A stretch of 64,000 bases of DNA from Methanothrix sp. (GTDB lineage Archaea; Halobacteriota; Methanosarcinia; Methanotrichales; Methanotrichaceae), in NCBI GenBank assembly GCA_963682135.1, contig OY821645.1:1344001-1408000 (forward strand), in the 5' to 3' direction. The position numbers were made by a program, and so were the translations under genes. Numbering within the stretch: the first letter of the stretch is position 1; each line of letters opens with the position of its first letter. Shown piece after piece: positions 8,899 to 17,923 of the stretch. The notes beneath the pieces are model-generated. The model saw only the letters and a program-made list of their open reading frames with translations, did not search any database and was not told where the DNA came from.

Positions 8899-11127
8899 TT
8901 ACTCCAGGAATGTAAATTCCATTGCCCACTTGTTCAACCTGCCCACATCCCTTTGCTCCAAATCAGTCACCCGCAATATCCAGTTGCCGTTCAAGAGCTG
9001 GCCCTTGAATCCCGCCAGATCGGCAACATCCTTTGCCTCAAAAGTCCTTACAATATCTGGTTTACCGCTACCTGCGGCATTGTGAAGTACGGCCCTCTTT
9101 CCGCCAGGTGAGAATAACTCCACCCTCAGATCGCTGACATAATTATGGCTGATATCAACGCTCACCTTGATGCTCTGCACCACACCTACCCTCTCCACCA
9201 TTATGGCATGGCCAATTCCAGTCGGGTCTGCATCGGGTATATCCAGATTGGGTGAGGCATCATAGCTCGCCGAGCCAGTCGTAGCCTCAAGATCCAGCTC
9301 TATTGACCATCTATTCAGCTTACCGATGTCTATCTTGGCCAGATCGGCTACCCAAAGTGTCCAGTCTCCCAGGGAAGGCTGGCCCAGGAATGCTTTCAGC
9401 TCCTGCTTGCTTATGCAGTCGTAAGTTGCTATCAGGTTATCCTTGCTGCCGCCCTCGCGATTATGCAGCACTGCCCTCTGGCCGGATGGAGCGATGAGCT
9501 CCGCTTTCAGGTCTCCAATGTAGGTATGTGTAATATCCAAAGAGACTCGCATGGCACTGATCTTGCCATTCATAGAAAGTGCGATGACGCTGGATACGCC
9601 CTGCGGATCATTATCATTGATCAAGGCAGCCGCTACTACCTCTCCCCGGGCAACTTTTGCTGATTTAACCGGCCCCGTTCTGAAGCTGATTACCGGGCCC
9701 GGTTCACCGATATTCGAGATGGTCAGTCCCGACTCGGAGAGGTCCCACATGCAGGAGGAGGGCAGCGTGTCATGAGATAAGGCAAGGCCATCGATTCTAC
9801 CAAAGAGGTCCGATGCATCACCCTCATTCCTATTCTTCTCCAGGTCCAAATGCCCATCCGCCTGAAGCAATCCGCATTGGTAATGATGCTCCGGCGTTCC
9901 GCCTTGCCATTCATTTGAGCCGAAGATATCGCAGTGGTAAACGGCCAGGCCGCTGGAAGGAAGATATTCGTCCAGCCCCAGAGTGCTGCGGTTCTCCACA
10001 ATGAAATATTCATTTTCATTGTCCGTTTTGTAGATCAATACGCTGCCATAGTCGCCATGATTGGCCTGATACTCCTCTGCCTCATTCAAGCTCACTACAT
10101 TGTCGCACCAACCAGCCAAATTGCGCAGGTATGTGCATATTGGTGCAGGCGTCTTTCCGTTATCAAGATGATTTCCATAGCTCATCAGGCAATAACTGCC
10201 CATACCGGCGCTGCTTTGGAAGTCGCCATCGCGTTTGCCATAATCGTAAAGATCCGGCAGGCGGCAGAGCATATGGGCGTTCTCGTGACAGAAGGTGCCG
10301 ATGGATAGCTGCGTCTTGTCGTCTCCCAGGCCGGTGAGCATGTAGAAGTAAGCTCTCATATTGCCCAACATCATGTTGATGATGCCATTGTGCGGCCAGA
10401 TGTAGTCGCCCTGGTATAGCGATTTGCCGGCATAAAGAATGTTAATGGCATCAATATAACCCTCACTCTTGCTATCGAATTGCAGTAAGTTAATGCCGGT
10501 ACGCGCTGCCGCTTGCAGCGTCTCCTCGACTAACGGATGCTCTACGTAATACTGCTTCTCGTGACTGAGGGTTATGGGGCCGATTACCACATTGGAATAG
10601 TCGAGCTTTCCGGAAGACATCATAAGGAAATAATCTCGTACTGAACAAAAATTCCCGTAGCTGTTATACCCCTGCGTATTCAACATATCGGAAACGTCTG
10701 CCGGAGTTATGGAGGTCTTGATATCCGAGAATGAAACGAGAATGGTCAATCCCAATACTTTTCCCTGATGGACCCTTCGTCCCTCCAGCAATCCCATATT
10801 TCTGCCCAGAACGCGATAGGCTCCATCTCGGCGGGCATAATTGCGGGCAAATCTCTCCTCGAATTTAGAGGCTATAACCTCCTGCGACTCCCTGAGATGC
10901 CTTTTCACTCCGGACGGTGGGTCCTGGTGCAAAGGAACACCGGTTGAGATCAGCATCCCACCTAGCAGGCGAGCATAGGTGTACAGACCCATCTCCGGGT
11001 CATAGATCACCGAGTAACCATTGTCGTCTTCCTGATAGCTGTAAAACTCATCACCAAAGACAGTTAGCCGGATCTGCGGTCCGTTCCTTTGGGGAAAGAA
11101 CAGCGACTCCCCAAGTATAGCGCTCAT
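8899..11127 (-). CDS. M6 (immune inhibitor A-type) zinc metalloprotease with two C-terminal proprotein-convertase P domains
   Basis: HExxH zinc motif TFCHENAHMLCRLPDLYD, YCLMSYG and EYFIVENR. Two P-domain repeats: HTYIGDLKAELIAPSG...GDWTLWVAD and HNYVSDLRVELFSPGG...GNWILRVTD. No signal peptide seen. Confidence 0.9.
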   Translation of the reverse strand: MSAILGESLFFPQRNGPQIRLTVFGDEFYSYQEDDNGYSVIYDPEMGLYTYARLLGGMLISTGVPLHQDPPSGVKRHLRESQEVIASKFEERFARNYARRDGAYRVLGRNMGLLEGRRVHQGKVLGLTILVSFSDIKTSITPADVSDMLNTQGYNSYGNFCSVRDYFLMMSSGKLDYSNVVIGPITLSHEKQYYVEHPLVEETLQAAARTGINLLQFDSKSEGYIDAINILYAGKSLYQGDYIWPHNGIINMMLGNMRAYFYMLTGLGDDKTQLSIGTFCHENAHMLCRLPDLYDYGKRDGDFQSSAGMGSYCLMSYGNHLDNGKTPAPICTYLRNLAGWCDNVVSLNEAEEYQANHGDYGSVLIYKTDNENEYFIVENRSTLGLDEYLPSSGLAVYHCDIFGSNEWQGGTPEHHYQCGLLQADGHLDLEKNRNEGDASDLFGRIDGLALSHDTLPSSCMWDLSESGLTISNIGEPGPVISFRTGPVKSAKVARGEVVAAALINDNDPQGVSSVIALSMNGKISAMRVSLDITHTYIGDLKAELIAPSGQRAVLHNREGGSKDNLIATYDCISKQELKAFLGQPSLGDWTLWVADLAKIDIGKLNRWSIELDLEATTGSASYDASPNLDIPDADPTGIGHAIMVERVGVVQSIKVSVDISHNYVSDLRVELFSPGGKRAVLHNAAGSGKPDIVRTFEAKDVADLAGFKGQLLNGNWILRVTDLEQRDVGRLNKWAMEFTFLE

Positions 11128-11232
11128 GGCAACTTACCTCTTTATTGGCTGATTGTTTAGAATGGATCGGTATGTTGCATCACTAAATATTTAGACTTGC
11201 GTAGGAAATATTAAGACTATGGCGGCCCTCGC

Positions 11233-11529
11233 TCACCATCCCTTTCTCTCAGCGCTCTGATCTGCTTTGGCCAGACGAACGCTGCCTGCCTCTTGCAGAT
11301 GCTTTTCCAGATCGGGGGGCGGGCTATGGCTGAAGGGGATCTTGCTGGAGAAAAAGGCTCCTTCCTTGAGGAGGGCATAACAGAATAATCCCAGCTCTCT
11401 GTCATAAATAACAGAGTAGCCTTCCTCTGTCTCGTATTGAGCATAAAATTCGTCACCATTGACTACCAATTTAACATCTGGTCCCTTCTCTTGAGAGAAG
11501 GTCAGCTTCTCACCGAATATTGCGCTCAT
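11233..11529 (-). CDS. Standalone homolog of the N-terminal (pro)domain of the adjacent M6 protease
   Basis: Gapless manual alignment to residues 1-80 of the protease gives 40/80 identities (GDEFY, GYSVIYD, HL.E). Confidence 0.8.
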   Translation of the reverse strand: MSAIFGEKLTFSQEKGPDVKLVVNGDEFYAQYETEEGYSVIYDRELGLFCYALLKEGAFFSSKIPFSHSPPPDLEKHLQEAGSVRLAKADQSAERKGW

Positions 11530-12026
11530 AATAATCTATCCTAATTTTCGATCTGAACATTCCAAGACAGAGCGGACCCAGGATAAATGGAGCAGTGGGC
11601 CTGGCCAGCCATCAAGCCCCCGTTGCCCCGAGTTAATTTGCCTCTCCTCCTTATGACTGGCATTCTTGGAGCAACAAGGGATGAGGCAGGCTATAAGCCT
11701 TTCTTAGGGGGAGTTGAGTCAGATGTTTCCAGGATCTCATGATGAGTAAGTAGGAGGGAGGCAAAAGTCAGTGATGTAGGAGGGAAAAGAGGGTCGACTT
11801 TTGCCATGCACTATATACGGCAATTGCCGAGATAAAAGGCTTTCGGTCCAGGCATAAAACTGCGAAGAGCCGAATTGAGCCGATGTTTGAAGATAGGTGC
11901 AAGGATTCACCACAAGAAATATAAGCCAAAATCCAGTATCGCCACTTGAATCTTTGATGTACCAGATTACACATAAACGATCAATAACAATCACCCGATT
12001 TCGGCACATGAAAATCAAGGAGAAAA

Positions 12027-13784
12027 ATGGCATTGAGACGTTTGATGTCCGGCAACGAGGCCCTGGCCAGAGGCGCCTTTGAGGCCGGTGTAACTGTCGG
12101 CGCGGGCTATCCGGGAACTCCATCAACAGAAATCCTGGAAAACCTGGCCCTGTACAAGCCTGATGTGTATTGCGAGTGGTCGCCCAACGAGAAGGTAGCT
12201 TTTGAGGTGGCGGCAGGGGCAGCTCTGGCCGGAGCCCGCAGCATTGTAACCATGAAGCATGTGGGGCTGAATGTGGCAGCGGACCCGCTCATGACCCTGA
12301 GCTACATCAGCGTGGAGGGAGGATTTGTGGCCTGCGTGGCCGATGATCCGGGCATGCACTCCTCGCAAAATGAGCAGGACACCCGCAATTATGCCCGTTT
12401 TGCCAAGATTCCCTTATTCGAGCCTTCAGACAGTCAGGAAGCCAGGGATTTCCTCATGCTGGCCATACAGGTCTCTGAAGAGTTCAAGACCCCGGTAATC
12501 CTGCGCACCACTACCCGCGTCAGCCACTCCAGAAGCCTGGTGAAGCTTGGCGAACGCACTCTCTCCGAGAAGAAGATCGGCCTGGTAAAGGATCCACCCC
12601 GCTTTGTGCCCATACCGGTATGGGGCAGGCCCATGCGCCAGAGGGTAGAGGACCGGATGATTCGCCTGCAAGCTATTTCGGAAAGCTCGCCCGCCAATCG
12701 CCAAGAATGGCGGGACAGAAGTCTGGGGATCATCACCTCTTCCATCGCCTACCAGTATGCTCGGGAGGTATGGCCCAAGGCAAGCGTACTCAAGCTGGGC
12801 ATGTCCTATCCCTTCCCGGACGCATTGATTCGAGAGTTTGCAGCAGGCGTCTGCAATTTGCTCATCATAGAAGAGCTGGACGACTTCATCGAGCAGCATG
12901 TCCGGGCTTTGGGCCTCGCCTGCCGGGGAAGAGATGTTGTTCCCGGCATCATGGAGCTTTCTGTGGACCGGCTGCTGGCGACAAAAGCGCTCCTGGAAGG
13001 AAGGCCGGTGCAAGAGCCAAAGCCTTCTGCCTTTTCCGACAGACTGCCACCTCGCCCGCCCGTGCTCTGTCCCGGCTGCCCACATCGAGGCATTTTTTAT
13101 TCACTGGGCAAAATGGACGTTGTGGTTACCGGTGACATCGGCTGCTACAGCCTGGGAGCCTTCCCACCCCTGGACAGAATGGACAGCATCCTGTGCATGG
13201 GCGGCGGCATCTCCATGGCGCACGGCCTGGAGAAAGCGGGAGAGCCACGAAAAGTGGTGGGCATCGTGGGCGACTCCACCTTCTTTCACTCCGGCATAAC
13301 GGGCCTGCTGGACATAGCCTACAACCGAGGCAGCAGCACCATAATCGTACTGGATAACCGTACCACCGCCATGACCGGTCATCAAGATCATCCCGGCACA
13401 GGCAGAACACTCATGGGAGAGGCGACAAAAGCTGTTTCCATCGAGGATATCGGCAGAGCCTGCGGAATAGAGCGCGTTTGTGTTATCAATCCCTACGACC
13501 TGGACCAGGCAAGCCGGGTCATATCTGATGAAATCGCATCCGTAGAGCCGTCTCTGATCGTCTCGCGTGCCCCCTGCCCTCTGCGAGAGAAGAAAAGGGT
13601 AGGCGTGATCCGGAAGATTCTGGCGGAGGAGTGTAAGGGCTGCGAGTTATGCCTGAATCTGGGCTGCCCGGCCATCGAAGGCACAGAAGACGGCCCCAGG
13701 ATAAACGAGACACTCTGTGCAGGCTGCAGCCTGTGCGAGCAGGTCTGCCCAGCCGGGGCTATTGTCAGCGGGGGAAGAGCATGA
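12027..13784 (+). CDS. iorA: Indolepyruvate:ferredoxin oxidoreductase subunit alpha
   Basis: GNEALARG, GYPGTPSTE, KHVGLNVAADP, LCPGCPH, the TPP motif GDSTFFHSG, and a C-terminal two-cluster ferredoxin. Confidence 0.95.
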   Translation: MALRRLMSGNEALARGAFEAGVTVGAGYPGTPSTEILENLALYKPDVYCEWSPNEKVAFEVAAGAALAGARSIVTMKHVGLNVAADPLMTLSYISVEGGFVACVADDPGMHSSQNEQDTRNYARFAKIPLFEPSDSQEARDFLMLAIQVSEEFKTPVILRTTTRVSHSRSLVKLGERTLSEKKIGLVKDPPRFVPIPVWGRPMRQRVEDRMIRLQAISESSPANRQEWRDRSLGIITSSIAYQYAREVWPKASVLKLGMSYPFPDALIREFAAGVCNLLIIEELDDFIEQHVRALGLACRGRDVVPGIMELSVDRLLATKALLEGRPVQEPKPSAFSDRLPPRPPVLCPGCPHRGIFYSLGKMDVVVTGDIGCYSLGAFPPLDRMDSILCMGGGISMAHGLEKAGEPRKVVGIVGDSTFFHSGITGLLDIAYNRGSSTIIVLDNRTTAMTGHQDHPGTGRTLMGEATKAVSIEDIGRACGIERVCVINPYDLDQASRVISDEIASVEPSLIVSRAPCPLREKKRVGVIRKILAEECKGCELCLNLGCPAIEGTEDGPRINETLCAGCSLCEQVCPAGAIVSGGRA

Positions 13785-14398
13785 GCAAGATTGAGAATGC
13801 GGCTGAGCAGACTGCCATGGCATTGGAGACGAAGAGCATCGTATTGGTTGGCGTGGGCGGCCAGGGAATTTTGCTGGCCAGCGAGATTTTAGCTCAGACA
13901 GCTATGCTGGAGGGCTACGATGTCAAGACCAACGAGGTGCACGGCATGGCGCAGCGGGGTGGCTCGGTGATGGCCCAGATACGCTACGGCAAAGAGGTCC
14001 ATAGCCCCCTGGTGGCCAGGAATGAGGCTCACATTCTGGGAGCTCTGGAGAAGGTAGAAGCGCTTCGTTATGCTGACTACCTCCGGCCGGATGGCCTGGC
14101 AGCCGTCAGCACCCAGGCCATCATGCCGGTTACCGTCTCCTCGGGCGCGGCCTGCTATCCGGAAGACGCAGAAGAGCTGCTAAAGCAAGCCTTTCCCAGG
14201 CTGGTTTACATCGATGCCGCAAAGATCGCCAGAGAGCTGGGCGACATCCGTGCGGCCAACATAGTCCTCCTGGGCGCCATCTCACAGGGCCTGGATCTGG
14301 CTTTGGAGTCCTGGGAAAGAGCCCTTGCGCTGTGTGTTAAGGAGAAGTTTTTGGAGATCAACCGGAAAGCGTTTGCAGCGGGAAGGTGCCATTCATGA
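13781..14398 (+). CDS. iorB: Indolepyruvate:ferredoxin oxidoreductase subunit beta
   Basis: GVGGQGILLAS and EVHGMAQRGGSV; ATGA overlap with the iorA stop. Confidence 0.93.
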   Translation: MSKIENAAEQTAMALETKSIVLVGVGGQGILLASEILAQTAMLEGYDVKTNEVHGMAQRGGSVMAQIRYGKEVHSPLVARNEAHILGALEKVEALRYADYLRPDGLAAVSTQAIMPVTVSSGAACYPEDAEELLKQAFPRLVYIDAAKIARELGDIRAANIVLLGAISQGLDLALESWERALALCVKEKFLEINRKAFAAGRCHS

Positions 14399-15681
14399 AG
14401 ACAGATGAGAATTTTCACAACAAATCAATAGAAACCAGGTCCTCAAAGGGCATAAAGGAGATGCAGTCCGCAAGGCTACGGGCCATAGTTAAACATGTTT
14501 ACGAGTCCAATGCCTCTTACCGACTGCTATTTGCCCAGGCAGGAGTTAAACCGGAGGACATCCGAACGGCTGACGATGTAGTCAAGCTGCCGATGACCAA
14601 TAAGGATATACTGCGAGAGAGCTATCCTCTGGGGCTGTCCTGCGTGCCCCGGCGGAACATCGTGGAGATGCACATGTCCTCCGGGTCCACGGGAACCCCG
14701 GTAGTCATGCCCTACACGGAGAATGATCTTTTGCAGTGGGCGGAGTGCATGGCCCGATGCTACCGCATGGCGGGAGCGAGGCCAGGAGACGCCACCCAGA
14801 TCACGCCGCTGTTCGGCCTTTTCAACGGCGGATTTGGCATGTACCACGGCGCGCGCGCTGCGGGGCTCTTTGTGATTCCGGCCGGTCCCGGCAATACTGC
14901 CCGGCAGATACGTCTGGCCAAGGATCTGAAGACGCGGGTCTTCACCGGTGTGGTCAGTTACGGTGTGCGGCTTATGGAGATCCTGGAGGAGCAGGAAGAG
15001 ACTCTGCCCGATCTGCAGATAGGCATCTTCGGAGCGGAGGCATTCTCCGAGTCCATGAAAAAGAAGATCTCCGAGGGCCTGAATATCGATGTCTTTGATA
15101 TCTACGGCATGACCGAATCGGGCGGTGTGGGAACGCTGGGCATGGACTGCCCGGCGCATGACGGCCTGCACGTCTGGGAGGATCAGTACATCATCGAGAT
15201 CGTTGATCCCAAGACGGGCGAGCCGGTCTCAGACGGAGAGGAAGGCGAGCTGGTCTTCACCTCGCTGACCAGGGAAGCATTGCCCATGATTCGCTTTCGC
15301 ACCGCAGATCTTACCCACATCATCTCCCGAGATACCTGTGAGTGCGGCAGAACTCACCTCAAGATCGCCCCCATCACCGGCAGGCGGGATGATATGCTCA
15401 TTGTCAAGGGCGTGAATTTCTTCCCCAAGCAGATCGAGCAGACGCTGCTGGGCATACCGGGCATCGGCAACAACTACCAGATCATTGTGGAAGAGGTGGA
15501 CGGGGTCAACAATGTTCGGGTCAATGTGGAAGCAGGGCCGGGTGTGACGGGCTACATGGTGGAAAAGGCGCTCAAAGAGACGCTGGGCTTCTCACCCAAG
15601 GGCGACGTCTATCCGCTGGGGGGGCTACCCAGACAGGAAGGAAAGGCCAAGAGGGTGTTTCACGAGAAGATCGGGAAGTAG
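14395..15681 (+). CDS. paaK: Phenylacetate (aryl acid)-CoA ligase
   Basis: Adenylate-forming motifs SSGSTG, YGMTE, RFRTADL and GRRDDMLIVKGVN; translationally coupled to iorB. Confidence 0.9.
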   Translation: MKTDENFHNKSIETRSSKGIKEMQSARLRAIVKHVYESNASYRLLFAQAGVKPEDIRTADDVVKLPMTNKDILRESYPLGLSCVPRRNIVEMHMSSGSTGTPVVMPYTENDLLQWAECMARCYRMAGARPGDATQITPLFGLFNGGFGMYHGARAAGLFVIPAGPGNTARQIRLAKDLKTRVFTGVVSYGVRLMEILEEQEETLPDLQIGIFGAEAFSESMKKKISEGLNIDVFDIYGMTESGGVGTLGMDCPAHDGLHVWEDQYIIEIVDPKTGEPVSDGEEGELVFTSLTREALPMIRFRTADLTHIISRDTCECGRTHLKIAPITGRRDDMLIVKGVNFFPKQIEQTLLGIPGIGNNYQIIVEEVDGVNNVRVNVEAGPGVTGYMVEKALKETLGFSPKGDVYPLGGLPRQEGKAKRVFHEKIGK

Positions 15682-15717
15682 AGGAGGAAGATCTCTGCCC
15701 CTATTTTTTAGGCTGAC

Positions 15718-15756
15718 GCTTGTGTGGGACAAGGGTGGGTGTCGTCCCACATGAGC
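15718..15756 (+). other. 13-bp stem-loop downstream of paaK (terminator or stabiliser)
   Basis: GCTTGTGTGGGAC / GTCCCACATGAGC gives 11 Watson-Crick and 2 G-U pairs on the + strand, with a 13-nt loop. A T-tract at ~15704 precedes it. Confidence 0.5.
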
Positions 15757-15811
15757 TACATTTAATAATAATAAGCTGAGATATTGGATATGGCACTGAG
15801 AGGTTAATCAA

Positions 15812-15970
15812 ATGGATGACATCACAAAACCTCGTGAATTCATAAGAGACCAATTGCCTTACGGTGGAGCGGTGAATATTCGCGGCGAAATAGTCTGGCG
15901 AATCACCAAGGAAGAGCATGATGCTATGAAGGCCAGAGTACTGAGACTTTTCGAGGAATATGATATCTAG
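15812..15970 (+). CDS. Putative 52-aa small protein
   Basis: Manual translation MDDITKPREFIRDQLPYGGAVNIRGEIVWRITKEEHDAMKARVLRLFEEYDI*. SD-like GAGGT at 15800-15804 and AT-rich TTTAATAATA at 15761-15770. Confidence 0.6.
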   Translation: MDDITKPREFIRDQLPYGGAVNIRGEIVWRITKEEHDAMKARVLRLFEEYDI

Positions 15971-16036
15971 CTGCAAGCATAAAATCCCACTTTAAATAGT
16001 ATATTAGATATTTCTTCCCACATTGTAACAGGGAGC

Positions 16037-16369
16037 ATGGCCCAAAACGAATCACGATTTCAGGTGCTGAACCGAATCGCTGTGGAAGAACTTAAAGCAT
16101 GGTTCTTTGGGGATGTGCAGGCGATTCATCAGGCCTATGAGCGAGTTTCTCCATCTCTTGCCGCAAAGGCTGCTTACAGAGACCCTGATGCGATCAAAGG
16201 CGGAACCTGGGAGGCCTTGGAACGCGAGCTGCAAAGTGCTGGCTATTTCAAGAGCGGTCTGGCCAAAATCAAGGTGGCAAGGGCCATATCTGCAAACATG
16301 GTGCCCTCTCGCAATCGTTCCCGAAGCTTTCAAGTCTTCCAGAGTGGACTATTGGAGACTCTAAAATAG
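16037..16369 (+). pseudogene. C-terminal fragment of a DUF4276-like (TOPRIM-related) protein
   Basis: RIAVEELKAWFFGD, DPDAIKGGTWEAL and NRSRSFQVF match the C-terminal half of this family. The N-terminal half and the usual partner ATPase gene are absent. Confidence 0.65.
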
Positions 16370-16407
16370 CATGGCGAATTGCTGCCTGCAATTTTGTTAT
16401 CCAATCC

Positions 16408-17025
16408 CTACACCGTCCCGCATCCGCTATCCGGGAAACTCTTCTCGAAGACCTCTCTCTCCGGCGCTACCTCGGCAAAGATCTGCGCCTGGAAGTGCTG
16501 TACCTGTGTATCCTCATCAAGCCAGGCATCGGGAGGCAACCCTGCCTTGACGCAGGTCTGGGAGAGAAACTCTTGCGAGTCGAATCCCCACTCCGGGGCC
16601 ACCTGGGGCAGGAGCAGGCCGGAGAACGGCCCTTTGGAGACAATCAGCCCGTCCCTGCCGATCACCACCAGCTCAAGCAGCTTCTTCTTGGGCTGCGTGT
16701 AGAATTCAGGCTCGGTAAGTATGGTCACCTCCACTTCGATCCTTCCCAGCTCTCCGGGGCGCACACAGGGAAAGCGCGGGTCGCGACAGCCTGCATTGAT
16801 GGCCGAGTCCACGATGGCTTTGCCCAGCGGCATAATGGGCTGAGGATAGCCGATGCAGCCGCGCAGGTCGCCGTCCTCGTGCAAGGTTACAAAGACTCCC
16901 CGCTTCTCCTCGAATACAGGAGGAAGGCCCTGGGGCTGTATGATCATCTTCTTCTTCTCCGTGTATCCAGTCAGAGCCTGTCTGGCCAGATGAACGGCCA
17001 GACGGCCTTCTTCCAGTGTCAGCAT
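16408..17025 (-). CDS. AMMECR1-domain protein (TIGR00296-like)
   Basis: GVFVTL, LRGCIG, DPRFP, IGRDGLIV, GLLLPQV and KAGL. Start could be 17025 or 17031. Confidence 0.93.
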   Translation of the reverse strand: MLTLEEGRLAVHLARQALTGYTEKKKMIIQPQGLPPVFEEKRGVFVTLHEDGDLRGCIGYPQPIMPLGKAIVDSAINAGCRDPRFPCVRPGELGRIEVEVTILTEPEFYTQPKKKLLELVVIGRDGLIVSKGPFSGLLLPQVAPEWGFDSQEFLSQTCVKAGLPPDAWLDEDTQVQHFQAQIFAEVAPEREVFEKSFPDSGCGTV

Positions 17026-17149
17026 AAACATTATTGTAGGTCTGGAAACTATTAAAAAGTTGTGCGGCACTCACAGGATTGTATCACAGTTCCTCTGGGT
17101 CAGCTCCTCCGGGCGAGGCGGCGGAAATATACACGGTTTGGGTGAGAAG

Positions 17150-17857
17150 ATGAGTAAAGGAGTAATGATTGCATCTACGATTGGTCTGGCCTTCCTTCTG
17201 ATGGCCACAGTAGCAGTGTGCGCAAGTTCAAACCAAGAGACTTCGTATGTAATAAAACTGCCACAGCCGCGCACTGATGGGGGCATCAGTGTGGAGAAGG
17301 CCCTTTTGGAGCGGCGGTCCATCCGAAGCTTCACCGGCGAGCCTCTGACTCTGGATGAGGTCTCTTCGCTCTGCTGGGCGGCGCAAGGAGTGACTGATGA
17401 CAAAGGCCACCGCACATCGCCTTCGGCTATGGCCACATATCCACTGGAGGTCTACCTCCTGGCAGGAAATGTCACAGGCCTGCCTTCCGGCGTCTATCAC
17501 TACTCTCCTCAGGGTCACAACCTGACGCTAATATCCAAGGGCAACAAGATCCCTGATCTATTCAACTCAAGCATGGGTGGCAAGGAGGATTGGCGGAAGA
17601 GCGCTCCAGCTGTTTTCATAGTCACCGGCGTCTTTGAGCGCATCAACAAAGTCCTGGGTCAGGACCTGAGCAGATTCGTTTACGTCGAGGCCGGAACTGC
17701 TTCTGAAAACCTGCTTCTTGAGGTCGTCTCTCTGGATCTAGGTGCCACATATACCGCAGGCTTTGATGAAAACAAGACCAGGGAATGCCTGGGTCTTGCA
17801 TCTGGTGAGACGCCAATCGGTGTTCTGCCCGTGGGACATAAGACAGAGGCAGCTTAA
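17150..17857 (+). CDS. SagB/ThcOx-type nitroreductase-family protein with N-terminal signal or anchor
   Basis: IKLPQP, ALLERRSIRSF, WAAQG, RTSPSAMATYPLEVY and EAGTASENLLL; hydrophobic N-terminus. Confidence 0.88.
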   Translation: MSKGVMIASTIGLAFLLMATVAVCASSNQETSYVIKLPQPRTDGGISVEKALLERRSIRSFTGEPLTLDEVSSLCWAAQGVTDDKGHRTSPSAMATYPLEVYLLAGNVTGLPSGVYHYSPQGHNLTLISKGNKIPDLFNSSMGGKEDWRKSAPAVFIVTGVFERINKVLGQDLSRFVYVEAGTASENLLLEVVSLDLGATYTAGFDENKTRECLGLASGETPIGVLPVGHKTEAA

Positions 17858-17923
17858 GCCAAATCTTCAGGAAGACTCGTCGATGTCATCAGTCCAGACT
17901 ACCAGATCGACAAATTTCTGCAT

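Noticed and set aside
11217-11459. Alternative-frame ORF suggesting a frameshifted longer protease copy
   Set aside because: That frame also stops at 11217 and no catalytic-domain remnant follows, so there is no evidence for a frameshifted full-length gene.
15701-15976. 91-aa minus-strand ORF
   Set aside because: It spans the hairpin and lacks expression signals; the + strand 52-aa ORF is better supported.
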